Source of the DNA: Euryarchaeota archaeon UBA62
Lineage (GTDB): Archaea; Thermoplasmatota; Poseidoniia; Poseidoniales; Thalassarchaeaceae
DNA: 64,000 bases
Direction of reading: 5' to 3'
NCBI GenBank assembly: GCA_002502095.1
Contig: DAPJ01000005.1
Span: 15,763 to 79,762 of the forward strand
Below the pieces are notes generated by a model. It made no database searches. It saw only the letters and a program-made list of their open reading frames with translations, and was not told where the DNA came from. Below are positions 1 through 10,128 of the stretch, one piece after another (position 1 is the first letter of the stretch; every line of letters begins with the position of its first letter). The position numbers and the translations under genes are program-made.

Positions 1-945
1 AATTCTCTCAGTACCTCTGACATTCACGTCAAAGTTACACCTCCGAACCAATCAGTTGCACATTCATTGACGCATGGGCATTCAATTATCCTAAGCTTCT
101 TCACATCAGGCGGGTACTCTGAAGAGATCAACGTTAAGGTCAGGATACCACAAATCCATGACTTCTCAGTAGTCTCATTAGAACCACTCTACGGAGTTTC
201 TCCGGGTGAAGAAATACAGATACCTCTGCAAATCAGGAACGATGGAAATGGGGACGACAGATTTGAGTTTGATTTCGACGACTCAGAGTTACCCGATGGG
301 TGGGAGAGGACCGGGGCTACTTCTCATTCTCTGCCTCCATTTACTACCACTACTCACAGTATCAATGTGATTGCACCAGATAATGCAACAGGCGAATACA
401 CGATATATGCTGCAGTCACCGACGAAGCAGGAAACTCTTACCCAGAGATAGAGATCAATGTTGCCATATCCAATCCAGTGATATCGATCACATCCCAGCA
501 ACTTCTGTCGGGAGGGGACAACGCAGTTTCCAACAGGGTCAACTCCTGGGTCGTCACTGTTGCCAACGATGGGCTAGTCGACGCGGAGGATGTTGAGCTA
601 AATGCCATACTCTGCAATGACTTGACTTGCCAAAGCGAGGTGATAATGGATACCAAGTTAGGAGATGTTCCATCCAACTCAGTTGTGAACTTCGACATCA
701 CACTGGACCTGGACGGGATCGATCCTGGAAACTACTACCTAAACCTGGAGATCAATGAATCTTCGGTAGACGGCGAAGTGGTCCCATTCGTACCAGAACA
801 GGGAGGAAGCGTCAACCTAGTAGTTTCATCACCTGCAGTGGAGTCCGACTCTAGTTGGATTGGCTATATCCTAGGGGCTCTAATCATTGCCGCACTGGCA
901 ATGCTGACAAGACCCCGCTCAAGAAGGCCAAACGCTCCATTCTGA
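1..945 (+). CDS. Secreted cell-surface protein, 5'-truncated by the window edge. It has a C-terminal TM anchor plus basic tail.
   Basis: The frame is open from nt 1 with no stop before the track ORF at 67. The product is acidic and Ser/Thr/Asn-rich. The C-terminus is the hydrophobic helix IGYILGALIIAALAML followed by RPRSRRPNAPF. Confidence 0.6.
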   Translation, partial: NSLSTSDIHVKVTPPNQSVAHSLTHGHSIILSFFTSGGYSEEINVKVRIPQIHDFSVVSLEPLYGVSPGEEIQIPLQIRNDGNGDDRFEFDFDDSELPDGWERTGATSHSLPPFTTTTHSINVIAPDNATGEYTIYAAVTDEAGNSYPEIEINVAISNPVISITSQQLLSGGDNAVSNRVNSWVVTVANDGLVDAEDVELNAILCNDLTCQSEVIMDTKLGDVPSNSVVNFDITLDLDGIDPGNYYLNLEINESSVDGEVVPFVPEQGGSVNLVVSSPAVESDSSWIGYILGALIIAALAMLTRPRSRRPNAPF

Positions 946-967
946 ACACACTGGTATTTATGCGGCA

Positions 968-980
968 GTTCCACAGGAAC
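968..980. promoter_or_regulatory. Inverted repeat GTTCC-ACA-GGAAC, 8 nt upstream of the subtilase start codon
   Basis: Perfect 5-bp arms with a 3-nt spacer in cagttccacaggaacgaatagaATG. A TATA-like tatttatg lies about 15 nt further upstream. Confidence 0.4.
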
Positions 981-987
981 GAATAGA

Positions 988-2223
988 ATGCCTGCCCTAG
1001 ACAGACTGGAGCTCATGCCTGAGCCGGAGGATCCCAGGCTTCTCACTACCGTGGACCCTAGAGCACCGGGATATCCCGGTTCTGCCTACGGGATGTCCGA
1101 TGAGGAGGCCAGAAGACTACGCTGGCCCTTGGATCCGCTAAAGGAGGCCTTATGGCCATGGGGGGCAGTTTTCTTCTCTATAGGAACCGTCGCGCTTCTA
1201 CTTGCATGGCCTTTTGTAGATTCATACTTGACACCGCTTCTCCCGGATTCCGAGTGGGCATATGAGACCACGGGGATTAGGGAGCTTCAGGACGGGGGAC
1301 TGTCTGGAGAAGGGGTATCAGTCTGTATAGTAGATACGGGCATGGATATACGCCATCCTGATCTATCAGGAATAAATTTGGCGGGTTTCAGAGATTTCTT
1401 TGATGAGGGCAACCAGGAGGTTAAAGACGTAGGATCTGAATTTCACGGTACCATGATGACAGGGATTTTAGCTTCCAACGGTACCTTCCTAGGGGCCGCT
1501 CCCGAAGCTTCCATTTCCATTGCTTTGGCTCTTGGACCGGAAGGATCCTCCGGTCAACAGGACAGGGTCTCGTTAGCAATTAGGTGGTGTAGGATAACCC
1601 AAGAAGCAGATATAATCAGTCTTAGCCTTGGCTCTGATCCAGGACAAGGAATGGGTATCGAAACTGAGACAGTAACAGCAGTTCAAGAGGCGCTGGAGGA
1701 AGGAATATTCGTCATAGCAGCTGCGGGAAATACGGGTGCAGAATCTTCCGATGTATCCGTTCCGGCAAATATTCAGGGCGTAATCGCCGTAGGTGCGTAC
1801 AGAAGCTCGGGGGCTATATGGGGAGACAGTGCTTCGGGTTCCAATATCGATCCTTACAGTGGACAGCCAAGAGAGTATCCTCATCAGAAGCCCGAGATTA
1901 TAGCTCCAGGAGTGAATATATTTTCCACAGCTTCCACAGAACTCGATCCACCCTACGCATACTCGTCAGGAACTAGCGACTCAACCGTCTTTGTAACCGG
2001 GGCCCTGGCTCTTATTTTGGAGGAATATGGGGATGCCATAGCTGGGGAAGACGGAAAAATAGACCTAGAAGAAATGAGTATGGTAAAGAGAGCACTAGCT
2101 AACTCAGCTAACCAAGACCCCTCCTCTTCGGGGAACCATAGCTCTAGATTGGGATACGGGTCCCTGAATTCAGTTGAATGGGCTAACCAACTCTCGTTTG
2201 AGCTGAATATCGACGTTCAGTAA
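988..2223 (+). CDS. Subtilisin-like serine protease (peptidase S8) with an N-terminal TM/signal anchor
   Basis: Catalytic triad motifs are present: VCIVDTGMD (Asp), HGTMMTGILAS (His), GTSDSTVFVTGALAL (Ser). An N-terminal hydrophobic segment WPWGAVFFSIGTVALLLAWPF is present. Confidence 0.85.
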   Translation: MPALDRLELMPEPEDPRLLTTVDPRAPGYPGSAYGMSDEEARRLRWPLDPLKEALWPWGAVFFSIGTVALLLAWPFVDSYLTPLLPDSEWAYETTGIRELQDGGLSGEGVSVCIVDTGMDIRHPDLSGINLAGFRDFFDEGNQEVKDVGSEFHGTMMTGILASNGTFLGAAPEASISIALALGPEGSSGQQDRVSLAIRWCRITQEADIISLSLGSDPGQGMGIETETVTAVQEALEEGIFVIAAAGNTGAESSDVSVPANIQGVIAVGAYRSSGAIWGDSASGSNIDPYSGQPREYPHQKPEIIAPGVNIFSTASTELDPPYAYSSGTSDSTVFVTGALALILEEYGDAIAGEDGKIDLEEMSMVKRALANSANQDPSSSGNHSSRLGYGSLNSVEWANQLSFELNIDVQ

Positions 2224-2310
2224 TGGACGTTACATAATATTGAATGATAATGGATTATGATGACCCAACAATCTTGTTTCCTCTAACATTATATCCGCTC
2301 CCGATACCCC

Positions 2311-5300
2311 GTGGCTATGGCCCGCAGAGATAGATTGAGCTCGACTATTCTAGTAATGTTGATGCTAACCAGCGTTTTCATCGCACTAGTAGGCCCCGCG
2401 TCCCCGGTAGCAGCCTCAAATGAGACCACTTCCGGAACAATCACTGGAACCGAGTACTGGCAAGGAAATCACGTTCTTACAGGTGACGTAGTAATCTCAT
2501 CCGGTGCTAAATTGGTCATCCAGCCCAGTACCAATGTGATTTTTCCCAATGGTACCCATCTGGATGCCAGGGGCAGCCTGTGCATAGGTGTGTCTTCTTG
2601 TGGGGCCAGCGGAAACGCAAATTCTGCTCAGAAAATCACATTTAGCTGGGAGGAGCCTGAGAATTCCAGTGCTCAAGGAGAATGTAATGGGATTTCCCAG
2701 GGACAATTCGAAATTACGATTACCGATCCTTCTTGCTATGAAGGACTCATTATCAGAGACTCAATTGACCTGTCACAATCTGGAATTAGACACACTACCA
2801 TTGATGGCGCATGGGGAATTCCACACTTTGTTGATAACCAAAACGGATTCAAATATGCCGCTCTAGTCCTGGATGGGGCCAGTCCTACACTGACGGAAAT
2901 GGAGTTTATCGATATCAACTCCAGTAGCGTACTAACCACGGGACTCGCTCAACCCGAGTTCATCGGAGGGCAGTATACCGTAGGTAATGATGATGAGAGT
3001 GGAGTGGACGGTCCCGCAGTCCAGATCTACAGCTCTGGAACTCCTATCACTCCACTAATCATGTCTTCTCCAGATCTGATTGGTTCTGATAATGGATGTG
3101 GGAACAATGCAGGTGGTAAGCCAACAGTCTGGGTTGAAGACGCGTTCATAGAGATCGATGATGCAGAAATCGGAGTTGGGGATTATGGAATTTCACTGAG
3201 GTATTCTTCTGGTTCAGTCACTAACTCAGAGATTTCCGTCAACTGTAACGGAATTGATATTTACAGCTTGAAGAGCGTGGGACAGATTGACTACTACAAT
3301 ACAATTACAGGAAACGAGATTGTTACGAATGATAGAACCCCAATCACTGTGTACGGGGGGGCTCATGCTTTTATCAGAGATAACGATCTATCAGGAGCTG
3401 GAAGTGGAAGTGGTATTGCAGTCTTCTCCAGCTATGCTGAGATAACAAACAATGACATCGGCCCAATCGGTGGGTGGAACGGACTTTGGATGTACGGATC
3501 TTTTGATGTAATTGCCGAAAATAACACAATCTTCGATACTAACAGGGAGGCCATTATCGCTGGAGAGTACGGGAGTAACGCTCCCGCCCCTAGCGCGTCT
3601 AGGGCATTCCTCGCAAACAACACCATTTCATCCTCAGGCCAAGGAGACTGCTCTAGTAGCCTCCATTTCAACGGGCAGTTCACCTGCCCTGCTGTGATGG
3701 CATACAGATCTGGACTGACCATGTATGATAACGAGATTAACTCTGGAGGGGAGTCCGATGGAATCAGGTCTATTGGAGCGTTACTTGACATCAGGAGGAA
3801 TACATGGAACGCCGCGGGCTCAGGAGCTGTAATCAAACACTATGATTCAGGATATGCAGGAGACCAGCAATACGGATCGCTAGCTTTCTTCTCTGAGAAT
3901 ACTTGGAACGGCGTGGGTACTACCTACAATATCACGAAGAGCTCAGTAACCGTACAATCCGAATCCATTCCCAGTCCACCCACAGGACAGTTTCCAGTGA
4001 TTCTCTCGTGGCCAGATCAGGAGGCATGGCCAGCCAACGGTTTCCAGAATGGAATCATACCCACAGACGTTCAAGAGTGCTCTAACTGTGATAATCTCAC
4101 TCCTAGAAATTTCCCACTAGCGCTCTCCATGGATAATAACTCCACAGTGATGACATTTGCCGGTCTGGCTAATCTAGATAGGTCGTCCATCTCAATCCAG
4201 ACTCAACCGACCCCCTATGCAGTACAGGTCAGAAGAGCCGAGTTGGTCAAGTTCCAAGCTCTGGTCAACGGAGAGAGGGTACCGGGTGCCAGCATCCTCA
4301 TCGAAGACGCTCTCGGAAACGATATGTATGATATTGATACCCTTTCCGATGGATATACCCCATGGTTTGCCCTCCCTTCAGATTTTCATCTGGACTTCAG
4401 AGGACTGGGAGGGGGCGATAACCCCGATGGATTCGCAGATGACGAATTCGAGGACTCCTGCTCAGATGGAATAGACAACGATGGGGACCTCCTAATGGAC
4501 GCGGACGATACTGATTGTGACTACACTGCGGGTACTAGAGAGCTCTCCCTATACCGATTCACCGCCTATAAGTTCGGATACGGTCTGGATAGCGGACAAT
4601 TCACATTAGATGATTCTTCATATCAAGGAACTGCGAACCTGCTAAATTTAGCTCCCTCTGTATCCATCACACAAGACCAAGGCCACTCTTTCAGAAAGAT
4701 AGTGAATATCACTGGCAACGCCCACGATGGTATTCTAGCCTCATTCTACCCGAGTGATGAAATGGCACAGTGGGATCAGAAAGGATTCGTCCATTCAATA
4801 GAAGTTAGAGACCCATTCACAAGTGATTGGTCAGATGCACAACTGGCCACCGACTCCTCTGGCTCCCAATATGGGGAAGTAACTAGTACTAACCATCCTT
4901 TCAAAGAATGGTACTATGAATTGGATATGTCTCAAATGGCTGAAGGAGACTATGTTTTCCAGTTCCGAGCATTCGACGGAATCGACTACAGCCCGATATC
5001 CACCATCTCTATCAAGCTCAATTCTCAGGCCCCTACAGTTTCAGTAAGCTCTCCAAGTCCATTCTCTACTCACTCTGACGACACTGTTACATTCGAGGGT
5101 GCTGCCTATGATTACTATGGATGTCCTTCACAGTGTGGCAAGGATATTTCTGAGATTTATTTCCAAATCGAGGGTCCTAATTTCCAAGTTGTTACTCCTG
5201 TCTCTGGAGGCACATCCTGGTCATGGACTTGGGACTTCAGCGGTCAGCCCAGAGTTGTGGCGGACTATACTTTCAAGATATGGGCCGCTGACTCGGACTT

Positions 5301-6540
5301 CTGTAATGGTGTGATTGATGAATGCGTTCCCGCGGAGCTTACCCTCACTATAGACAATTCAAACAGCGCGCCCTTCATCAGTATCTCCGAACCAAAGGAG
5401 TCAGACAGAATGCCTGTATCCGAACAGTCTGTTTTCGAGGGCGTTGCCAGAGATAATGACAATGAGGTAACTAGGGTAGATATCGAAGTCCTCGATACAG
5501 CAAACGGAATGATCGAAGTTCACTCAGAATCAGTCATTGAGTTCGATTCAAATGGTGCATTCAGCTCAATATGGGATTCAAGGTCACTTAGGCACAATTC
5601 CGAATACCAGATCAGGATGAGATCATATGACGGATTCGATTACAGTGAATGGAAGACAGTTAATATAATCGCAGACAATCCTCCAGATGCAGGAAATAGA
5701 CAACCCGTTTTCGATCAGTCAGGATGGGTAGAATCAGTAACACTATACTGCGAAGAAAACTCACAATCAGCTGATCGATGTACCACTTTCGAAATCAACC
5801 TACTGGATTTCTTCGCAGACCCAGATCCTAATCAAGAGCTCATTCTATCAGTTTATGATGACGAAGAAATAGCCTCAGATGATGAATATCCAGTGGTTAT
5901 TTCAGTATCTGCAGACGGTGTGGCTAGGTATAATCCGACATCTATGGCTTTCTTCGATCCCGAGATATCTGGTTGGTCAATTAACGATGTAGTATTTGTC
6001 GCATCAGATCAATTCGGGTCGAAGGCAAACTCAGTTCCGATGAGCATCGAAGTCATTGCAATAGATTTCCAGGTTGGTGTACCCCAAGAAACAAGGATTT
6101 CCGAAGATGAAACTGCTATCTTCTCTGGTATCGGTCTTCCAGGGAGAACTGTTACAGCTACAATTGGAGGTGTTCCTGTCAACAATACTGTTGTTTCGGA
6201 CGACTCAACATGGACTATGGGAATACCCGGATCTCGAATATCAAGCTCTGCTACTCCTCAGTTCATGTACGGAGGTCTCGAATATGACGGTTCAAAGATC
6301 ACTGTGAGTGAATCAGACTCATCTAATGCCTCATTCTTGATAATTATCGTGATAATTGTAATTCTGGGAATAGCGGGTTTCGCGTACTTCTTCATCGAAT
6401 TCGAAGACGATTCCGAGCCTGAGAATAATTACAACAAGAAAGAGAGACCTGACGAAGGGGAAAGCAGGTTTGTCAAGGACGATGACCATCCAGGTTGGCT
6501 TTGGGATACAGAAAAGGAAGAATGGGTCGAAGAAAAGTAG
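2311..6540 (+). CDS. Giant secreted surface protein of 1409 aa. It has parallel beta-helix repeats, a DxDxDG-type acidic Ca-binding-like segment, a C-terminal TM helix and an acidic cytoplasmic tail.
   Basis: Signal peptide MAMARRDRLSSTILVMLMLTSVFIALVGPASPVAAS. Repeated NNDI/NNTI/SG-rich beta-helix-like segments. DGIDNDGDLLMDADDTDCD segment. C-terminal FLIIIVIIVILGIAGFAYFFI then EFEDDSEPENN... tail. Confidence 0.7.
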   Translation: MAMARRDRLSSTILVMLMLTSVFIALVGPASPVAASNETTSGTITGTEYWQGNHVLTGDVVISSGAKLVIQPSTNVIFPNGTHLDARGSLCIGVSSCGASGNANSAQKITFSWEEPENSSAQGECNGISQGQFEITITDPSCYEGLIIRDSIDLSQSGIRHTTIDGAWGIPHFVDNQNGFKYAALVLDGASPTLTEMEFIDINSSSVLTTGLAQPEFIGGQYTVGNDDESGVDGPAVQIYSSGTPITPLIMSSPDLIGSDNGCGNNAGGKPTVWVEDAFIEIDDAEIGVGDYGISLRYSSGSVTNSEISVNCNGIDIYSLKSVGQIDYYNTITGNEIVTNDRTPITVYGGAHAFIRDNDLSGAGSGSGIAVFSSYAEITNNDIGPIGGWNGLWMYGSFDVIAENNTIFDTNREAIIAGEYGSNAPAPSASRAFLANNTISSSGQGDCSSSLHFNGQFTCPAVMAYRSGLTMYDNEINSGGESDGIRSIGALLDIRRNTWNAAGSGAVIKHYDSGYAGDQQYGSLAFFSENTWNGVGTTYNITKSSVTVQSESIPSPPTGQFPVILSWPDQEAWPANGFQNGIIPTDVQECSNCDNLTPRNFPLALSMDNNSTVMTFAGLANLDRSSISIQTQPTPYAVQVRRAELVKFQALVNGERVPGASILIEDALGNDMYDIDTLSDGYTPWFALPSDFHLDFRGLGGGDNPDGFADDEFEDSCSDGIDNDGDLLMDADDTDCDYTAGTRELSLYRFTAYKFGYGLDSGQFTLDDSSYQGTANLLNLAPSVSITQDQGHSFRKIVNITGNAHDGILASFYPSDEMAQWDQKGFVHSIEVRDPFTSDWSDAQLATDSSGSQYGEVTSTNHPFKEWYYELDMSQMAEGDYVFQFRAFDGIDYSPISTISIKLNSQAPTVSVSSPSPFSTHSDDTVTFEGAAYDYYGCPSQCGKDISEIYFQIEGPNFQVVTPVSGGTSWSWTWDFSGQPRVVADYTFKIWAADSDFCNGVIDECVPAELTLTIDNSNSAPFISISEPKESDRMPVSEQSVFEGVARDNDNEVTRVDIEVLDTANGMIEVHSESVIEFDSNGAFSSIWDSRSLRHNSEYQIRMRSYDGFDYSEWKTVNIIADNPPDAGNRQPVFDQSGWVESVTLYCEENSQSADRCTTFEINLLDFFADPDPNQELILSVYDDEEIASDDEYPVVISVSADGVARYNPTSMAFFDPEISGWSINDVVFVASDQFGSKANSVPMSIEVIAIDFQVGVPQETRISEDETAIFSGIGLPGRTVTATIGGVPVNNTVVSDDSTWTMGIPGSRISSSATPQFMYGGLEYDGSKITVSESDSSNASFLIIIVIIVILGIAGFAYFFIEFEDDSEPENNYNKKERPDEGESRFVKDDDHPGWLWDTEKEEWVEEK

Positions 6541-6586
6541 TATTTCCTTTGAAGAGCCCCTAAGCTTCCATCACGAACATTATTGA

Positions 6587-9139
6587 ATGGAAGATGTTGC
6601 TAACATAATTATGTCAGTCACACCCGCGCCCAAGCCCGGGGTCCAAGAGAGGATTCTTCTTCACCTCAGGGACTATGTGGACCATGCCGATAAAGTGGAA
6701 GTACCCTTTGCACTTTCGCAGATGGGTATTGCAAATGCAGTTTCCATTGCCAGATCCAATGTCCCTAGGGCTATTTCTGGTCTCAAGGAACAAGGATATC
6801 TGATTGAGAAACAAGCACATGTCACGGGGGTCTCGAGGAAAAGGAAGGCATACTTCCTAACTGACGATGGAGCTAAGCTAGCCGATGACATCTGGTCCAA
6901 GGTCGGGATGCAAGTAGTTCGCGTGATTGGAAGGGATGGAAGAGCGTCAAATATGGAGCTATCACAGGCTCTAGAGGGTACAGAATTACCTCTTAGGCAC
7001 GTTGATGTTATTCGGTATCTGGATGATTCAGGAACCATAGATCTTTCAGTTTTATCTGCTGACTTGATTGAAAGAGACCTGTCAAAGCATATTGAGAAAC
7101 AATTGGTAACCTCATTGAGTGATCTTCCAAGAACTAGGAGATTTTACGGAAGAGAAATGGAACTAGAAAATATGGTTAATCTCTTGGAGCATCAGTCAGG
7201 GTCAATACTTGTTCCCGGAATAGCAGGCATAGGTAAAACCGCACTTTCTGCTAAGCTAATTGAGAGCTTCACACATAGAAGAAATCTTCTTTATCACAGA
7301 TGTCAAGATTGGGAAGGGGCGAGGGCATTCTTAGAGGCTATTTCAGAATGGCTATCTGCAATGGGGAGCGATGATTTATCTGACTATCTCGCATCAACTC
7401 CCGTTCCCCAGCCTCAAATGGCAGTCAATCTAATCTCCGAAGGACTAGAGTCTTCACCATCCCTAATTGTAATTGATGACCTCCACAAGGTTGGTGATGA
7501 GACACTAATTTCAGTACTTAGATCACTTTCATTGAAGATACCAGAGCTAGAAAGTGTAGGGCTGGTAATGTTCTCCCGATCATTCAGGATGGTAGTTCCA
7601 GAATCTGACTCTTCGGGGAGAATAGTGACTCTGGTAATGCCACTCGATGGGCTAGATCAGGAAGCAAGTAGGAAAATACTGACTACAATGCAGGATATCG
7701 AGATGCCTCAATTCCTGCATATCCATAGTCTATCTAGGGGTCATCCACTGGTACTCGAGCTGATAAATAGAGGAAGTGTAGGAGGTACATTCCACGAAAC
7801 TCTCGAGGCATTCGTAGAGAAGGAAATTTTCAGTAGACTTTCTGGTGCTGAAAAGAGATTATTGGGAGCTATAGCGGTATTCAGAGAACCTATGCCCCTC
7901 GAAGCAATATCTGCAATAGACATGGAGACAGATCTTTTGGACGATCTAGTCGAAAAAGGCTTGGCTAGGCAAGCAGACAGCGAAAACTATGATGTTCACG
8001 ATTTAGTCAGGGAGTTCCTCACTAGATCTATGGAAGACTCACTAAAGCAATCGTTACATGCCAATGCGGTTGAATGGTACAGGACTAGGAAAGACGATCC
8101 ATCAGAAAGTATAGAGCATATTCACCACCTTCATGAGTCGGGCGATATTGAGGGGCTTGCCTCGGCATTATCCGAGGAAGGCCACAAGCTAGTCAAGGCC
8201 GGACACATTGAACTGCTTGGTATTCTCAGGGTCCTCGAGGCTAGGTTATTCGGACCTAGGACCCGATTTGTGATACATGAACTCACTGGGGACATACTTT
8301 CTGTCCAAGGAAAGTGGGATGAGGCCGAGGGACAATACGATATGGCACTGCCCATAGCCGTCAAACACAAACTAACTACTCCTCTTGCAAGGATTTACTC
8401 ATCCAGGGCAGATTTAGCGGTTAAGAAGGGAGAAATGGATACTGCACTCTCCCTACACAAGAAAGCGTTGGAGATGCAGATAAAACTCAGAGATGCACAG
8501 GGCGCAGCAAGATCATACAACAATATGGGATATATCTTCAGACGTCAACGAGATAACAAGAGGGCATTAGAAGTCTATGGAAATGTGGAGGAACTATTGG
8601 ATTCCGAAGACTCGTCCGACCTTACAGAGGCAAGAATCAGACTGGCTTCGGCTTTTCTCGAGATGGGTGAGATGGATAGGGCACGCGACCATGCCATGAC
8701 AGCTCACGATGAAACGGCGCAGAACAACCAAGAAAAGTTACATGCCAGGTCAAGGGCTGTTCTAGGCAGATACTATGCAAGGATAAAAGATAATGATTTG
8801 GCCATGCATCATTATTCCGGTGCTTTAGAAATATTATCGGATCAGTCAGACCCGAGAAGCGCGGTCGAAGTAGAGATGCTACTCGGACAAGTACTGAGTG
8901 ATGCAGGCAGATCAGATGAAGCCGCACAGCACTATCTGGACGCTTTATCGATTGCAGAGGCAAACGACTTCAGGATGATGCAAGGGGAGATTCTCTCCAG
9001 GCTGGGGGAAGTGGAGAGTAACAGATCACAGAGGATGGACTACCTACAGAGATCCCTAGTAGTATTCAGAGAGCTCGGTGCAGTCGACAGGATGAGGGAC
9101 GTTCAGAACTCTGTCCATAGGGTAGTCATGGGCCATTAA
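6587..9139 (+). CDS. STAND-type P-loop NTPase with an N-terminal winged-helix DNA-binding domain and C-terminal TPR repeats (putative signal-transducing regulator)
   Basis: N-terminal wHTH-like segment ALSQMGIANAVSIARSNVPRAISGLKEQGYLIEK. Walker A VPGIAGIGKTAL. hhhhDD Walker B-like LIVIDDLH. C-terminal third has TPR-like repeats (ARSYNNMGYIFRRQRDNKRALEVY... AVLGRYYARIKDNDLAMHHY...). Confidence 0.7.
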   Translation: MEDVANIIMSVTPAPKPGVQERILLHLRDYVDHADKVEVPFALSQMGIANAVSIARSNVPRAISGLKEQGYLIEKQAHVTGVSRKRKAYFLTDDGAKLADDIWSKVGMQVVRVIGRDGRASNMELSQALEGTELPLRHVDVIRYLDDSGTIDLSVLSADLIERDLSKHIEKQLVTSLSDLPRTRRFYGREMELENMVNLLEHQSGSILVPGIAGIGKTALSAKLIESFTHRRNLLYHRCQDWEGARAFLEAISEWLSAMGSDDLSDYLASTPVPQPQMAVNLISEGLESSPSLIVIDDLHKVGDETLISVLRSLSLKIPELESVGLVMFSRSFRMVVPESDSSGRIVTLVMPLDGLDQEASRKILTTMQDIEMPQFLHIHSLSRGHPLVLELINRGSVGGTFHETLEAFVEKEIFSRLSGAEKRLLGAIAVFREPMPLEAISAIDMETDLLDDLVEKGLARQADSENYDVHDLVREFLTRSMEDSLKQSLHANAVEWYRTRKDDPSESIEHIHHLHESGDIEGLASALSEEGHKLVKAGHIELLGILRVLEARLFGPRTRFVIHELTGDILSVQGKWDEAEGQYDMALPIAVKHKLTTPLARIYSSRADLAVKKGEMDTALSLHKKALEMQIKLRDAQGAARSYNNMGYIFRRQRDNKRALEVYGNVEELLDSEDSSDLTEARIRLASAFLEMGEMDRARDHAMTAHDETAQNNQEKLHARSRAVLGRYYARIKDNDLAMHHYSGALEILSDQSDPRSAVEVEMLLGQVLSDAGRSDEAAQHYLDALSIAEANDFRMMQGEILSRLGEVESNRSQRMDYLQRSLVVFRELGAVDRMRDVQNSVHRVVMGH

Positions 9140-9140
9140 T

Positions 9141-9938
9141 TCAGGCCGATATCTTCTCCGAATCTATTTGACCTATCCAGTTACTAAACTCTGGTCCGTC
9201 TTGTTTAGATATCGACAAGCTTCCCTTGAAATTATCACAAATCTCCATCAGAACCTCGCTCTCTGCAATATGCGGTAGATTGTTACTCTCAGAAAGATGA
9301 CACAGTACGATACTACTCAGATCTGGATGGACAATCTCGCTAAGTGCTGAAGCGGTCTGGGAATTGGAAAGGTGCCCCCCTCTGCCTGATATCCTCCTTT
9401 TCAGAGAGTCTGGATAGTTCCCCCTCATTAGGCGGTCATGGTCGTAGTTGGACTCAATGGAAATATGGTCGCATTTCCTGAGATGTGAAGACAACTCTGC
9501 GGTGACCTCACCCAGGTCAGTGACTACGGCCGCCCTTCTTCCTTTATCATCACAAGCTATCACTGCTACATTATCGGCATCATCATGTGGCACGGGAATA
9601 GTCAGCAAACTAAGGTCAACACCAGCATCAATTCTTTCCAGCTCGGAGAATACCAAGAGATTCTCGGAGTCCTCCCATTGCATTCTTTTTGCAGTCTCTG
9701 CATTACTGATTAGCCGTGCTCCCCACTTTTTTGCAGCTCTCTTGGCAGACTTAGAATGGTCAGAGTGATGATGAGTCACAATTATGGAGTCTATGTCTTT
9801 TGGATTTACTGATAATTTATCCAATCTGGACTCTGTCTTCTTCAGTGAAAAACCACAATCTACCAGAACATTAGATTCGCCTGTAGACAAGAGAACAGAA
9901 TTCCCCCTGCTCCCACTTCCGAGGTGAGTAATCTTCAT
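9141..9938 (-). CDS. Metallo-beta-lactamase-fold hydrolase (PhnP/YycJ-like, COG1235-type)
   Basis: MKITHLGSGSRGNS...VLVDCG start. HxHxDH motif in IIVTHHHSDH. A later GHLSNSQ motif. The track ORF begins at 9983, but the internal Met at about 9938 gives the canonical MKITxLG N-terminus. Confidence 0.75.
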   Translation of the reverse strand: MKITHLGSGSRGNSVLLSTGESNVLVDCGFSLKKTESRLDKLSVNPKDIDSIIVTHHHSDHSKSAKRAAKKWGARLISNAETAKRMQWEDSENLLVFSELERIDAGVDLSLLTIPVPHDDADNVAVIACDDKGRRAAVVTDLGEVTAELSSHLRKCDHISIESNYDHDRLMRGNYPDSLKRRISGRGGHLSNSQTASALSEIVHPDLSSIVLCHLSESNNLPHIAESEVLMEICDNFKGSLSISKQDGPEFSNWIGQIDSEKISA

Positions 9939-10128
9939 GCCAATGGCTCCGAGCTTGCGGGGATAACGACGACCTTTGAACAAATCCTATGATAATTATT
10001 CTCCAAGCTCATTTATTGATTAATCGACTCTTCCGGAACCATATATTTTGATTCAATGTCCGAACGACGCTCCATCACCATCATAAGTCAACCGAGGACG
10101 TTGGAGGCTACCTAGTTGGGGCTTTAAG

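Noticed and set aside
9939-9983. Upstream extension of the MBL hydrolase ORF (MFKGRRYPRKLGAIG...)
   Set aside because: The internal Met gives the canonical MKITxLGSG N-terminus of MBL-fold proteins, so the extension is probably not translated.
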